Shown piece by piece: positions 39,799 to 52,567 of a DNA stretch of 64,000 bases (position 1 is its first letter; each line of letters starts with the position of its first letter). The notes below the pieces were generated by a model, which saw only the letters and a program-made list of their open reading frames with translations, was not told the DNA's origin and searched no databases. The stretch is from Azolla caroliniana (lineage: Eukaryota > Plantae > Polypodiophyta). The stretch covers positions 11,780,001 to 11,844,000 of the forward strand of contig JBHGNT010000016.1 of assembly GCA_043228905.1 (NCBI GenBank), given 5' to 3'. The position numbers and the translations under genes are program-made.

Positions 39799-42700
39799 TG
39801 TTGAGAAATTGTTGCGGAATTAATCACAATAATCAAACTACACGCTAAAATACGAATCACACTCAAAATGCGAGAAAGACAAGATAGACGACTATACACA
39901 GAGATTTACGTGGAAACCCAAAAAAAATGGGGAAAACCACGGGAACAGAGCTTCACTATACAAATAGTGGATATACACCATCGAGAAGGTTACAACACTC
40001 TATCGAGTGTAACAACCACGCAGGGCTCTTCGCATCTACTGTTACAACACAACTATGGCGTGGCTCACGCTTCTTCTCTCTCACTCTCTCACGTTCTATT
40101 CCTACATCTCACATACAACATGTTTGCCCTAGTTGCATATATACTTACGCAGCTTTCTGGTTATTTACATATGTATCCCTCATGGGGCTCACACTAAGAC
40201 AATTTACAAATATAGTCTCCCGAGTTGGCTATTTACACGATTCCGGTTTCGGCCGAGGCCGATGAGTTCCTCATAAACTCGGCTCTTGTTTTCCAACTCT
40301 TCGACTGTTGGCTTTCCGAATAGTCCGGTCATCCTCCCACTGGAGGGACATATTCCCAACAAACTCCCCCCCTTTCACTCCTGTGGGAGGAAATCTGACA
40401 GTCCTGTATTCTGTCGACAGACTTCGAGTCTGTCCATAGGTAGGTTCTTCGTCAGCATGTCGGATCCATTGTCGTCAGTATGGATCTTTTCGAGAGAAAA
40501 CTCTCCTTCTTCGACTGTCTCTCGTAACCAGTGATACCTTCTCTGTATGTGCTTGGTTCGGGAGTGATATGCTGCGTTCTTGGCTAGGTGTATGGCGCTT
40601 TGGCTGTCACAATGAAGCAAGAACTCCTTTTGCTTCATGCCTAATTCGGTGAGAAAATTTCTCATCTAGATAAGCTCTTTTCCGGCCTCTACCGCTGCCA
40701 TATACTCTGCCTCTGTAGTCGACAAGGCTACAGACTTCTGCAGTCATGACTGCCATGACACTGCTCCCCCTGCATAGGTCATCACATACCCTGACGTGGA
40801 TCGGCTCGAATCCACATCTCCTGACATGTCCGAATCGGTAAAACCTTCTAGCATAGGTTTTCCGACACCATACCTTAAGCACACTTTCGACGTGCCTCTC
40901 AAGTACTTGAGTATCCACTTCACTGCTACCCAGTGTTCTCTCCCTGGATTACTCATATATTGGCTTATTGCTCCCACAACAAATGCTATGTCGGGTCTCG
41001 TACATACCATAGCATACATTAGACTGCCGACAACTGAGGCATATGGTACCTTCTTCATCTCAGCCTTTTCCTTCTGCCCTTTCAGACACTGCCTCACTTT
41101 TAATTTGCAGTTTGTCGGCAACGCGGAGCCGATCGGCTTTGCATTCGACATGTTGAACCTCTCTAGGATCTTCGTCACATACTTCTGTTGTGACAACCAT
41201 AGCATCTTCCGAGCTCTATCTTGGGTTATGTGCATTCCTAGGATTTGCTTTGCTGGTCCAAGGTCTTTCATGGCAAATGATTTGCCGAGAGCTTTCTTCA
41301 AGCTTCCAATCTTCCTTGTGTCTTGACCGACTATCAACATATCATCAACATATAGCAAGAGAATTAAGAAATCTCCTTCCTTGTACCTTTTGACAAACAC
41401 ACAGTGATCGGCCTTTGTTTTCTGGAACCGATGTTCCATCATGAAGGACTCGAATTTCTTGTACCATTGGCGTGGAGCTTGTTTCAGTCCGTACAAGATT
41501 TTCCTCAGTCAACACACCAAGTTCTCTTTCCCTTTCTCCTCAAAGCCTTCGGGTTGTTGCATGTAGATTTCTTCTTCTAGCTCCTCGTGCAAAAATGCGG
41601 TTTTGACATCCAACTGTTCGATCTCCAGATCCATGCTGGTCGCTATGCTCAAAACAGTTCAAATTGATGTCATCTTCACGATTTGTGCGAATATTTTGTC
41701 AAAGTCGATGCCCTTCCTCTGTAGGAAACCCTTCACCACTATGCGGGCTTTATACCTGGGCTCGTTGTCGACTTCTCCAGTCTTGACCTTGTAGACCCAT
41801 TTATTCCTGAGTGCTCTCTTACCTTTCGGCAACTCTACTAGGTCGTAGGTGTAGTTCGCGTGCAAGGATTCCATCTCCTCTTGCATCACGTTCAACCACT
41901 TTTCTCTGCTCTCGTCGGCAATGGCTTCTTCAGAGCACTCCGGTTCACCGTCATCAGTCAAGAGGACGTATTGACTGGCATATGTAGTTGGTGCCTTTCT
42001 TTCTCTCGTTGTTGGCTCTATTCCGGATGTCTCTGCCAACTCTTCTCTTTGCTCGGGATTCTGCTCATCAATCGGCATCTCTAGGTTGGACAATTCCAAC
42101 TCATATTCCTCAATTGATTTTAACAGGTTTGCCGACTCTGACTCATAGTCTGTCGGTCTTTTCGAGTCGACCGACTCGGATTCGGCTCTGTCAGTCAGCT
42201 GTCTCCTTACAACTGCCGGTGACGACTCACTTGGCCTTAAGTCGATGGTAGTTGAGGTTGACTGGGTAGTCGATTCTGACTTTTGTTGCTTCCAGTCTTC
42301 AATTGTCTTATCTTTAAGAAAGACGACATCCCGACTTCTCACTACCTTCGTGTCGACTAAGTCCCACAAACTGTAGCCGAATTCATCTTCTGAGTATCCC
42401 ATGAATATGCATACTTTCGACTTGCTGTCGAGCTTTAACCTCTGATCCTTTGGTACATGCATATACGCCAAACATCCAAACACCCTCAGGTGTTGGTAGG
42501 AGACATCCTTACCTGTCCACACCCTCTGTGGGACATCACCCTTTAATGGTATTGAGGGAGACCTGTTGATCAGATAAACAACTGTGTACATCGCCTCAGC
42601 CCAATAGGATTTCGGCAGTTTTGCATGGGAGAGCATGCTCCTTACTCTCTCCATGATTGTTTGATTCATCCTCTCTGCAAGCCCGTTCAACTCTGGGGTC

Positions 42701-43723
42701 TTTGGCATTGTGTATTCGATTCGAATACCTTGGCACTTGCAGTATTCCTCGAACTGCCCGTTGTACTCGCCACCGTTGTCGGTTTGGACAACCTTCAGTT
42801 TCCGGCCCGACTCTCTTTCGGTTCTTGCCTGGAACTCCTTGAAAACTGATAATACTTGATCCTTCATCTTCAGTACGAAGGCCCATGTCTTCCGACTATG
42901 ATCGTCAATAAACGTTACAAAGTATTGTCCTCCTCGATGTGATGGAGCATCCACATAACACACATCAGTGTGCACTAGTTCCAGTGCAACTTCTCTTCTC
43001 CTTGGTGGTCTCGTGTGGAATGCCGTCCTGTTCTGCTTTCCGGCTAAGCAGTCCACACGCTTCTCCACGTGCACTCCCTTGACTTCTAGTAGAAGTTCCT
43101 GATCGGCTAACAGGTGCATTCCCTTCTCACTCATGTGGCCTAGCCTCTTATGCCATATCTCCCCTGCCGAGTCGGCTGCCACGTTTACTTCCGATTTGCA
43201 CAGTCGGGCATGCACAATGTGCCTTCTTTCTATGCTCGGGCCACTATGAGATTTCCTCAGTAGAACTTCCACTTGCCATTACGAAAACTACCACTATAGC
43301 CTTCGTCGTCAAGCCTTCCAGTCGATATCAGATTCAATCTGATATTTAGGACGTCTCGAACATCCTTCAACGTTAGTCGACACCCTGTCGACGTTGTTAA
43401 GCACACACTTCTAACTCCGGTTATCTTGCACTCTCCACTATCACCCATCTTTACATAGCCATGATCCCCGGCTATGTAAGTTGAGAAATACTCTCTTGAT
43501 GGAGTAATGTGAAAGGATGCACCGGAGTTGATCACCCAAGTGCACTCTTCGCTTGCAAGATTTGCACTTGTCTATTCACATATGAACAGAAGTTCCTCAT
43601 TGCTTGTAGCAATGGCCGAAGTGTTCTTTTCATCCAGAATTTTCCGGGGTTTGACATTATTTCCGACACTCTTGTCCTTTCTCAGGTGTCGGCATTCCTT
43701 CTGGAAGTGTCCAGGTTTTCTGC

Positions 43724-45011
43724 TGTCGTGTGGTTTTTCACACACGATATGAAAACTAGTAAAACAATTATTTAAGATTAGCTTAATGTATTCATATGGA
43801 AAGATAGATGTCCTCAAGAGTTTCATAGCGTATTTTACTACGCATGAAACCGATAAACAAGTTTAAAGTTATGTGAGTGTGAAGTTTGAAGAAAAGAAGA
43901 AGAAGAAAAAGACAAAACTGTGAGATATCCCACTTAGATAGGACAACATTGGAACCCAGGATATATAAGGGAAACCAAAACATATTCATTCTATCAATGT
44001 GTGGAGCATAGAATGTTCAAGGTGACTTGGGCTATATTGTGTGGTATGCACGTCCGTGTTGACGCTTTGGGCGTATGCGCGTATGCATGGCCGTGTTGAC
44101 GCTTTGGGCATATGCGCGTATGCACGACTGTGTTGATGCTTCGGGCGTATACGCGTATGCACGACCGTGTGCACATTTTCGGGCGTACGCGCGTATGCAT
44201 CGCCACGTGGACGTTTCAGACGGACGCGCGGATGCGTACACGACGCGGTCGGGACGCACGTGTGTGCGTATGCGTACACGGTGCGAGTTGGACGCGCGCG
44301 TGCGTGGATGCGTACATTGTGCTGTCGGGACTTTTGCGCACGGACGCGTCTACGGTTTGGTTGCAATGCACGTACGGATTGCGCACGAGCTAAACTTTAT
44401 GGATGATTGTGTCATTTGGCCGAATTATACGAACAGTCGCATGCAACCAAAAGCCAAGGCCATGCAACTAAAAGTAAAAGGCATGCATCTAAAAATGGAA
44501 GCATGCAACTAAAAGTAGAGGCCATGCAACTAAAAATAGAGGTCATGCGGCTAAAAGTGGGCATGCAAAGTAACATTGGGGAGGAGGATCAACAAAGAGT
44601 TGGATATATGTCCCATTTTTTCCCTCTAGTTTTTTTTTCTCTTCCTTCTTCTTCCCTCTCGGATTCGAGAAACAAATTATCTCACATATTGATATCAAAC
44701 TCCTAGCTTTGTTGACTCGATCTTTCTTGTCAAAAATTATCTCTCGTATTCATATCGAACCACTCCTTGCATGGTTGTTGGCTCCTTTCTTTGAAAAATT
44801 TATCTCTCATTTTCATCTTCAACCCGTTGTAACAAGATTCTTGAATTATAAAAGAATCTATTTTCTTATGCTATAAACAAACGTTTTCTCTCATTTACTC
44901 GTCTTATATGTGAATTTTTCTTGTGTTGTACGTGTTGCACTAAATCCTTGTAGTCCAGAACCCCGGCGGTTCCATCTCACGATCCGCACATAGTGATGAA
45001 TTTTCATGACA
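43724..45011 (+). repeat. 5' LTR of copy B with internal tandem arrays
   Basis: Pairs with 50749-51982; gcgtatgcacg-type repeats 44040-44330 and 21-bp atgcaactaaaag repeats 44440-44570. Confidence 0.95.
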
Positions 45012-47257
45012 TAATTAAGTGGTGAACCCAACGTGAAAAAGGCGGTAGGAAGGATATCAAGTGCTACAATGGCTTCAACAAGCGGAACTCAAGGAGAGGA
45101 ATTAACAAAAGGCATGGTGTCCGTAGTGGAATACATGCTGAAGGTGAGAGACTGAGAAGCTTTAATCGACAAAGCTATTGATCATACGGTTGAGATAGCT
45201 GGACGATTTGGTGGCAAGAACATCACGGATTTCCTTGCTACCTATCAGAACGAGATGCAACAAAGGGATGTCAACGATCTCAAACAAATTTCTAGCTTCA
45301 AACGTGTGGTGGAACCACGGATCCGCTAGTGCATCATGGAGATCCAAAGCGAGCATGCAACTTGAGGGGAGTTCGAAAAGGTGCTTCTCGCTGAATACAT
45401 GTTTAAAGACGCGTCACGGATGACTCGACATACGCTCATGATGTGGATTGAGAAGAAAAGGAAGAGTATGTGTGCGTTGGGATTATATGCGGAATTCGAC
45501 CAAAAGTACAACCGACTTCCGAGTGTTGATCAACGAGTTCTCAATGGAGATAAAGTCCTACTATTCCTGAAGGCAGTGGATGCGAAAGATCGGCGAGAAT
45601 TGGGCAAATTTTTGGAGGACGAAACAAAACCGAATGGCTTGGTAGCGGACTGGGTGATGGTGAAGAAGGCTTGTAGCCGTCTTGACAAGCGTCGACAATG
45701 GTAAGAGGAAATTGATATGGAGTATCCACAATCGTGGAGGAGGAAGACACCTATGACGATGGAGCCTAGCAAGCCGATCAACAATTTCGACAAGAAAGGG
45801 ATGGAAGAATCCATAATCGAAGAGCTCTCCAAGAAGTTTGAAGCGGTATTGTTGGCCAACTTAGGCCGACGCAGGCCCAAGGGGAAAGAAGCCTATAGAT
45901 GTGTGTGGTGTGACAGCTTCCAACACTCGCGAAGGGAGTGCCCTGACTTACAAGACGCGATTCGCAAGAACGTCGTCTATTTGGACGGCAACATGATTCA
46001 TTCGAGCGAGACTCAGAAGCTACTACGAGGGAACTTCGGAAGAGGCGGGCTGAAAAAGATTATGGAAGAGGAAGATGTGAGGCATGTGGAAGCCATGCAC
46101 TATGCCGCATCGACGGGGATACGAGTCGGAAGAGAGAATCTAAAGACGATCAAGCCGGGAGTTGGGTTTTGGCCAACGGTATTCGAGTGTGAAAAGAAAG
46201 GAAAAATCAATTTGGAGGATCTCAAACATGCCGATCGGAATGTGCGACGAGTAACCAGATGGTCGGATCTAGTCGACGATAACACAAGCTTTGCGGAGGT
46301 TGTGTGCGACAACTAACAACTATTGAGGCTCTTGTCGAAGAGAAGAGAAAAAGAACTGGTGAAGAAGATGGCACCTCAAAGCGTCACAATACAAGGAATG
46401 CAGGGAAAGAAGGACAAGCCCAAACTACGCCACGAAAAGAGATAGGAGAAACAAGCATGAAGCCCGGTGGATCAAGCCAACCTTCTCGGATGGAAGTCGA
46501 AGAATCTATGAAGAAGGGAAAAGAACGAGTGGCGTCGACTTACAAGCTAAGGTCGGACATAGAACAAACAACTGATTTGCGGAAGGTCCTTGAGGAGAAG
46601 GTTTTAGATAGTCATGTCGACCTTACTTTGAGAGAGCTATTTGGGATCGCTAAGAAGGAGTTCCACGATACTATCGTGGACTTGATTAAACGGAAGGGGC
46701 AACAAGCGGATGAATAGGAGGTGAAAACAAGTGCCATAACTATGGCAAGTTCAAAAGAGGAAGAGGAAGAAGAAGTGATGGCGGACAACCATTACTCTCG
46801 GCCTCATTGGGCAAGAGCGACAACGGAGATGCCGGTCAAGATCGAAGAGAAGAAAGAGACCATGGTAGCTTTGATTGACCATGGTTTGGAGATTAACCTC
46901 ATGAGTCATGTCGACCGAATTCTATAAGAAAGGAAGATGGCCAATTAACACAAACCACAGATGGAAGATACGACTGGCAACGAAGGCCACGGAAGACTTG
47001 TACGGAGCTTGCCCCAATGTTAAAGTCACGATTGGAGATGTGGAGATGGACCAACACTTCTTCGTGCAAGACTCGGCTTCACATCCGGTCATCCTAGGAC
47101 AACCATATATCACATCATCCCAAATGGACACTAAGGTGTTCAATAATGGAGCGGCCTTCGCGCGAGTCAAGAGCCTTGACAATCAAAGATCTGTTCAATT
47201 CCTTATGGTGTGGCCTAATCACGAAATGAACTGAGATAGCCTTGGAGGTGAATCCTC

Positions 47258-47321
47258 GGATTTTTAGAGCGAACTATTGAAGCGTGGGGCACAAATAGTC
47301 CGAGCAATCATAAGTCCCCAC
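47258..47321 (+). promoter_or_regulatory. Putative -1 frameshift signal, copy B
   Basis: G GAT TTT TAG; -1 frame open from 47258 into RT ORF 47342-48463; stems CGAACTATT/AATAGTCCG and GTGGGG/CCCCAC. Confidence 0.85.
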
Positions 47322-50300
47322 AAGGAAGCAAAATAAGTGGATTGCAAGGAGAAGTAACATGTGTCACACCTAGTGGCGTATGTAAACTAACACTACTCAA
47401 CAAGAAGGACAAACGTCGGATACAAGACTTTGAGAAGATGCTGAAAGAAGAAAGCATAATCGAAGAAGAAGAATTCGTGCCTCATATTCTAGAGGAAGCC
47501 TCATTTAACGACACCATCGGCGAAATCGAGGAAGTCGTGGACTTGAGCTACCCTCACGATCAAAATGTGATTTCGGTTAACTCCGTCAACATGTACACTA
47601 TCATCGATGAATATCATCGAGACATCTTGATGGAGGAAGCTGAAGTCAACACAAAATATAAAACGGTGGATAAGAAGATCAAGCTAGTTGCGGTTCCGCT
47701 ACCGGAAGATAGTTGGCAGAAGATGAAAGAAGTTGTTGATGATCCGAGCTTAAGGGATCCAAAGGCAATAGGTCATGTTTTCACCAAAGAGACGAAAGGA
47801 AAGCTACAAGTTGGAAGGGAAGATTTCCTTCTCCCTGAAGAGGAGAGAATGTTCTGTAGAATACTTGAGAAACATGGGAAATCCTTTGCCTTCTCTCCAC
47901 AAGAGATCGGATGTGCCGACCTGAAGATGATAGAGCCGATGGTGATTTTTACGGTGCCGCATGTACCTTGGAACCTCAAGCCGATACCGGTTCCAAGAGC
48001 TCACATTCCAAAGTTGATTGAGCTTCTAAAGGAAAAGGTTAGGATGGGAATTCTTGAGCCATCCAATGCTCCCTACTCTAATAAATGGTTTATGGTGCCG
48101 AAGAAGAACGGGTCCTTACGCTTTATACAAGATCTCCAACCCGTCAACAAGGTGATGATCCGAAATGCCGGAATTGGTCCAAGTGTGGATGAATTTGCCG
48201 AAGCCTTCGCGGGAAGATCGATCTATTCCATTGGTGATCTCTACTCAGGCTATGATAAGTTTCAATTGGCCATCGATAGTAGAGACATAATGACAATGAG
48301 GACGCCGATCGGGTTGGTAAGGATGTGCACCTTACCCCAAGGTGCGACAAATTCCGTAGCCCACATGGTGAATGCCATGAACAAAGTGTTGAGGGATTGT
48401 ATCCCTGATATCACAATGCCCTTCTTAGACGACATTCCAATCAAAGGATGCTTGGTGGAATAAAAAGATGAATCGAAAGATGACGATGGTTGCCGAAGAT
48501 TTGTCATCGATCATATAAAGGATAGCGAGAAGGTGTTGCAAAAGCTTGAGGATGCGAATCTCACGTTTTCGAGAGAGAAGTCTGCATTCGGTCAACCAGA
48601 AATATTGGTAGTAGGACACTTATGTGGGTCTTATGGCCGGAAGCCATCTCCATCCAAGGTGAACGCTATTCAAGAGATGAAAGAAGAATGTGTGTCTCAA
48701 ATGGAGGTGCGAAGATTCTTGGGAGCATGTGCATTCTATCACATATGGATTCCACATTATGCCCATGTTGCTGAACCATTGTATGGACTATTAAAGAAAA
48801 GGAAGAAGTTCGAATGGGAAGATGAGCATACCTACGCGATTCGAAAGCTAAAGAAACTATTATTGGAAGCTCCAGCACTGCGCAAAGCCGACTACACCGA
48901 TGGTACCCCGATATATGTGACGATGGATACGAGCCCAACCGGAATTGGATGGGTGATAAACCAAGAAGACAAAGAAAAGAATCGGTATGCAATCCGATTC
49001 GGTGCGAAGGTGTTAACCGAAAGACAAAGGAAGTATGCCCAAGTAAAGAGAGAGCTATGGGGAATAGTATCCGCGGTTAAAACCGACCGTGACTACCTTA
49101 TAGGAACAGAGGTCATAATCGCAACCGACTGTCTACCTATTCTTGGAATGATATCCAGTTGTGCTACACCGGATATTGCTATGCTGTGATGGATTGCCTA
49201 TATCAAGTCCCTCAACCCCGAGATTCGGCATATAAATGGGAAGCATAATGTGGTGACCGATATGTTGTCAAGGGTGAGGTATGAGGGTGAAGAAGATTTG
49301 CACTACGGTTTCTTGTGCTCGGGTGCTAGCAGTGTTCAAAGTAGACGATTATGAGGGTGAATTCATCGAAATTGGCAAATACTTAAGCTCTCTTACAAAA
49401 GATGAATCATGGTCAAAGGAAGACTTCTACTGAATTAGGAAGAAGGCCTACAAGTTCTTCCTCAAAGAAGGACATCTTTGGAAGTTTCCGAAGAAGAAGA
49501 ATGGAACTCCACTTCGAGTGGTGTGCAAGAAACAGGATCAACAAACACTAATTGCTGAATTTCATGATAGTGTGTGGGCAGGTCATCGTGGTATATGGGC
49601 AACATTTGCAAAGCTCAAGAAGAAGTATTGGTGGCCAGGTGTTTACAAAGATGTAGCAAGCTATGTTGAAACATGTGAGCAATGCCAATTATACTCTAAT
49701 ATTCAACATAGGGATGAACTTCATCCGACATATCCATTATCAATGCACTATAAGTGGTTGGTAGACATAGTGGTTATGCCGATGGGATTGGGGCAAATGA
49801 AGTATCTCGTGCTAGCAAGAGAGGATCTCACCAACCAAGTAGAAGGACGGGCGCTAAGGAATAAAACAACTTCGGCAGTTTGTAAGTTTCTCCTTGAAGA
49901 TGTTATTTGTCGATATGGATGTGTTGGCAAAATAGTAGTTGATAGGGGAGAATTAGGTACGAATGAAGCTAAAGAGTTCATTTCAAGAATAGGCAACAAA
50001 TTATCACTCACCATGGCATACAACCCGGACGCAAATGGGAAGGTGGAACAAGGACATAGTCCAATTGTAAAAGCTCTAGCAAAGGCTTGCGACGGTAAGA
50101 TGGGAAATTGGCCACAATTACTACCTTATGCATTGTGGGCAGATAGAACTACACATAGCACGACTACGGGATATATGCCCGCCGAACTCATATTAAGACA
50201 AAAACCAATAATGCCTATTGAACAAAGTGTTGCTTCGTGGACATCTTTACCATGGCAAGAGGAAATGAGTCGGGAAGACTTGCTAGCCACGAGGATTCAA

Positions 50301-50748
50301 CAATTAGAACGAAGGCTCGAAGATGTCGATTTGGCAATAGAACGGTTGCGCCAAGGTCGATTGAAGAACAAGGAGAATTTTGATAGAAAGCATTGTCTTT
50401 GACAAAGAAAAATTGAAGAAGGAGATTGGGTTCTTGTCTATGATAGCAGTCTCGATAATCAATATAGCATTGCTCGAAAGTTCGCAAAACGATGGTTTGG
50501 CCCGTATATGGTCAAGAAAATAGAAAGCAATGCTACCTATTTTTTAGCGGAGTTAGATGGAACTTGACTTGCTTTGCCGATAGCAAGGAAGAGGATCAAG
50601 ATCTTTAAGAGAAGAGAGACCCCAAATCTTGAGACCGAAGCTCTGGATGATGTATCCTCGAACATCGAGGTTGAAAAAGAGTAATTAAAAGAGGAAACTC
50701 ACCACAATTGGCACATACCGGTGGATGTGCAGGTTTGGTGGGGGTGAA

Positions 50749-51982
50749 TGTCGTGTGGTTTTTCACACACGATATGAAAACTAGTAAAATAATTATTTAA
50801 GATTAGCTTAATGTATTCATATAGAAAGATAGATGTCCTCAAGAGTTTCATAGCGTATTTTACTATGCATGAAACAAATAAACAAGTATAAAGTTATGTG
50901 AGTGTGAAGACAAAACTGTGAGATATCCCAAATAGATAGGACAACATTGGAACCCAGGATATATAAGGGAAACCAAAACATATTCATTCTATCAATGTGT
51001 GGAGCACAAAATGTTCAAGGTGACTTGGGCTATACTTTTTGGTATGCACGGCCGTGTTGACGCTTTGGGCGTATGCACGACTGTGTTGACGCTTTAGGTG
51101 TACGCGCGTATGCACGGCCGTGTGCACGTTTTTGGGCGTATGCGTGTATGCACGGATGCGTGGACGTTTTAGGCAGACGTGTGTATGCGAATGAGCGCGC
51201 GGGTGCATACACAACGCGGTCGGGACATGCGTGTGTGCGGATGCGTACACAGTGCAGGTTGGACGCGCGCGTGCGTGGATGCGTACATTGCGCGGTCGAG
51301 ACTTTTGCGCACGGACGCGTCTACGGTTTGGTTGCGACGCACATACGGATTGCGCACGGGCTAAACTTTATGGATGATTGTGTCATTTGGCCGAATTATA
51401 GGAACAGTCACATGCAACCAAAAGCCAAGGCCATGCAACTAAAAGTAAAAGGCATGCATCTAAAAATGGAAGCATGCAACTAAAAGTAGAGGCCATGCAA
51501 CTAAAAATAGAGGCCATGCAACTAAAAGTGGGCATGCAAAGTAACATTGGGGAGGAGGATCAACAAAGAGTTGGATATATGTCCCATTTTTTCCCTCTAG
51601 TTTTTTTTTCTCTTCCTTCTTCTTCCCTCTCGGATTTGAGAAACAAATTATCTCACACATTGATATCAAACTCCTAGCTTTGTTGACTCGATCTTTCTTG
51701 TCAAAAATTATCTCTCGTATTCATATTGGACCGCTCCTTGCATGGTTGTTGGCTCCTTTCTTTGAAAAATTTATCTCTCATTTTCATCTTCAACCCGTTG
51801 TAACAAGATTCTTGAATTATAAAAGAATCTATTTTCTTATGCTATAAACAAACGTTTTCTCTCATTTACTCATCTTATATGTGAATTTTGCTTGTGTTGT
51901 ACGTGTTGCACTAAATGCTTCTAGTCCAGAACCCCGACGGTTCCGTCTCACGATCCGCACATAGTGACGGATTTTCATGACA
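50749..51982 (+). repeat. 3' LTR of copy B
   Basis: Pair of 43724-45011; preceded by ggtttggtgggggtgaa. Confidence 0.95.
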
Positions 51983-52567
51983 CCGCAATAGAAGCACATA
52001 GGCTTACCTCTGAACTTCAATTTGGCGTGGGATCTGTCTGTTCGCTGCGGACTTCTTCTTCGTCGGGCCCTTCCTCTATCGGTGTGTTGAGTCAAATTTG
52101 ACTCCGTTTGGGACAGGACTCCTTTGTCTTTCCTCCTTGCCTCCTCATTTAGGATGCTTGTCTTCATCGTCTGTAAAGACAAGTTCTCTTCTTGATAGGA
52201 GGTGCTAAGAGTAACCACCAGGTTCTCCCAGGTTTCCGGTAGCGTACACATCAGCAAGATGGCTTGCATTGCGTTATCCAAGGGAAACTTGGTCGCAGCA
52301 AGGAAATTTACATACCCCATGAACGTGCTGATGTGTTCGACGATGCTCTCACCGTCTCTGTATTTCAGTTGTACGATTTTTCTCATTAGCGAGGTTTTGT
52401 TTAGCGCGTTCTTCCTTTCATACACACTTGACAGCTTCTGCCACATCTCGTGGGCATTCGTGTCGTTCGCCACATGCTGAAGGACACTTACATCGACGCT
52501 TTGTCGAATTATGGCCACCACCTCCCTATTCAGAAGCTTCCAGTTCGACTCCAATACCCCCCTAGGT

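Larger units (their letters stand above)
43724..51982 (+). mobile_element. Trp-primed gypsy element, copy B (full length, mutated)
   Basis: LTRs 43724-45011 and 50749-51982 (TGTC..GACA); 4-bp TSD CTGC/CCGC; PBS tggtgaacccaacgtgaa 45020-45037; PPT before 50749; gag-PR (LIDHG), RT (FLDD), RH, INT. Confidence 0.96.
39799..52565 (-). mobile_element. Tnt1-like copia element, 5' end lost, split by gypsy copy B
   Basis: 3' LTR 39799-40361, PPT 40362-40375, RH/RT/INT/PR 40375-43720, gag 51983-52565; knuckle CFYCG|KPGHFQKEC restored on removing 43724-51982. Confidence 0.93.

Noticed and set aside
43986-44706. Overlapping ORFs in copy B LTRs (also 50984-51677)
   Set aside because: Low-complexity translations of tandem repeats.
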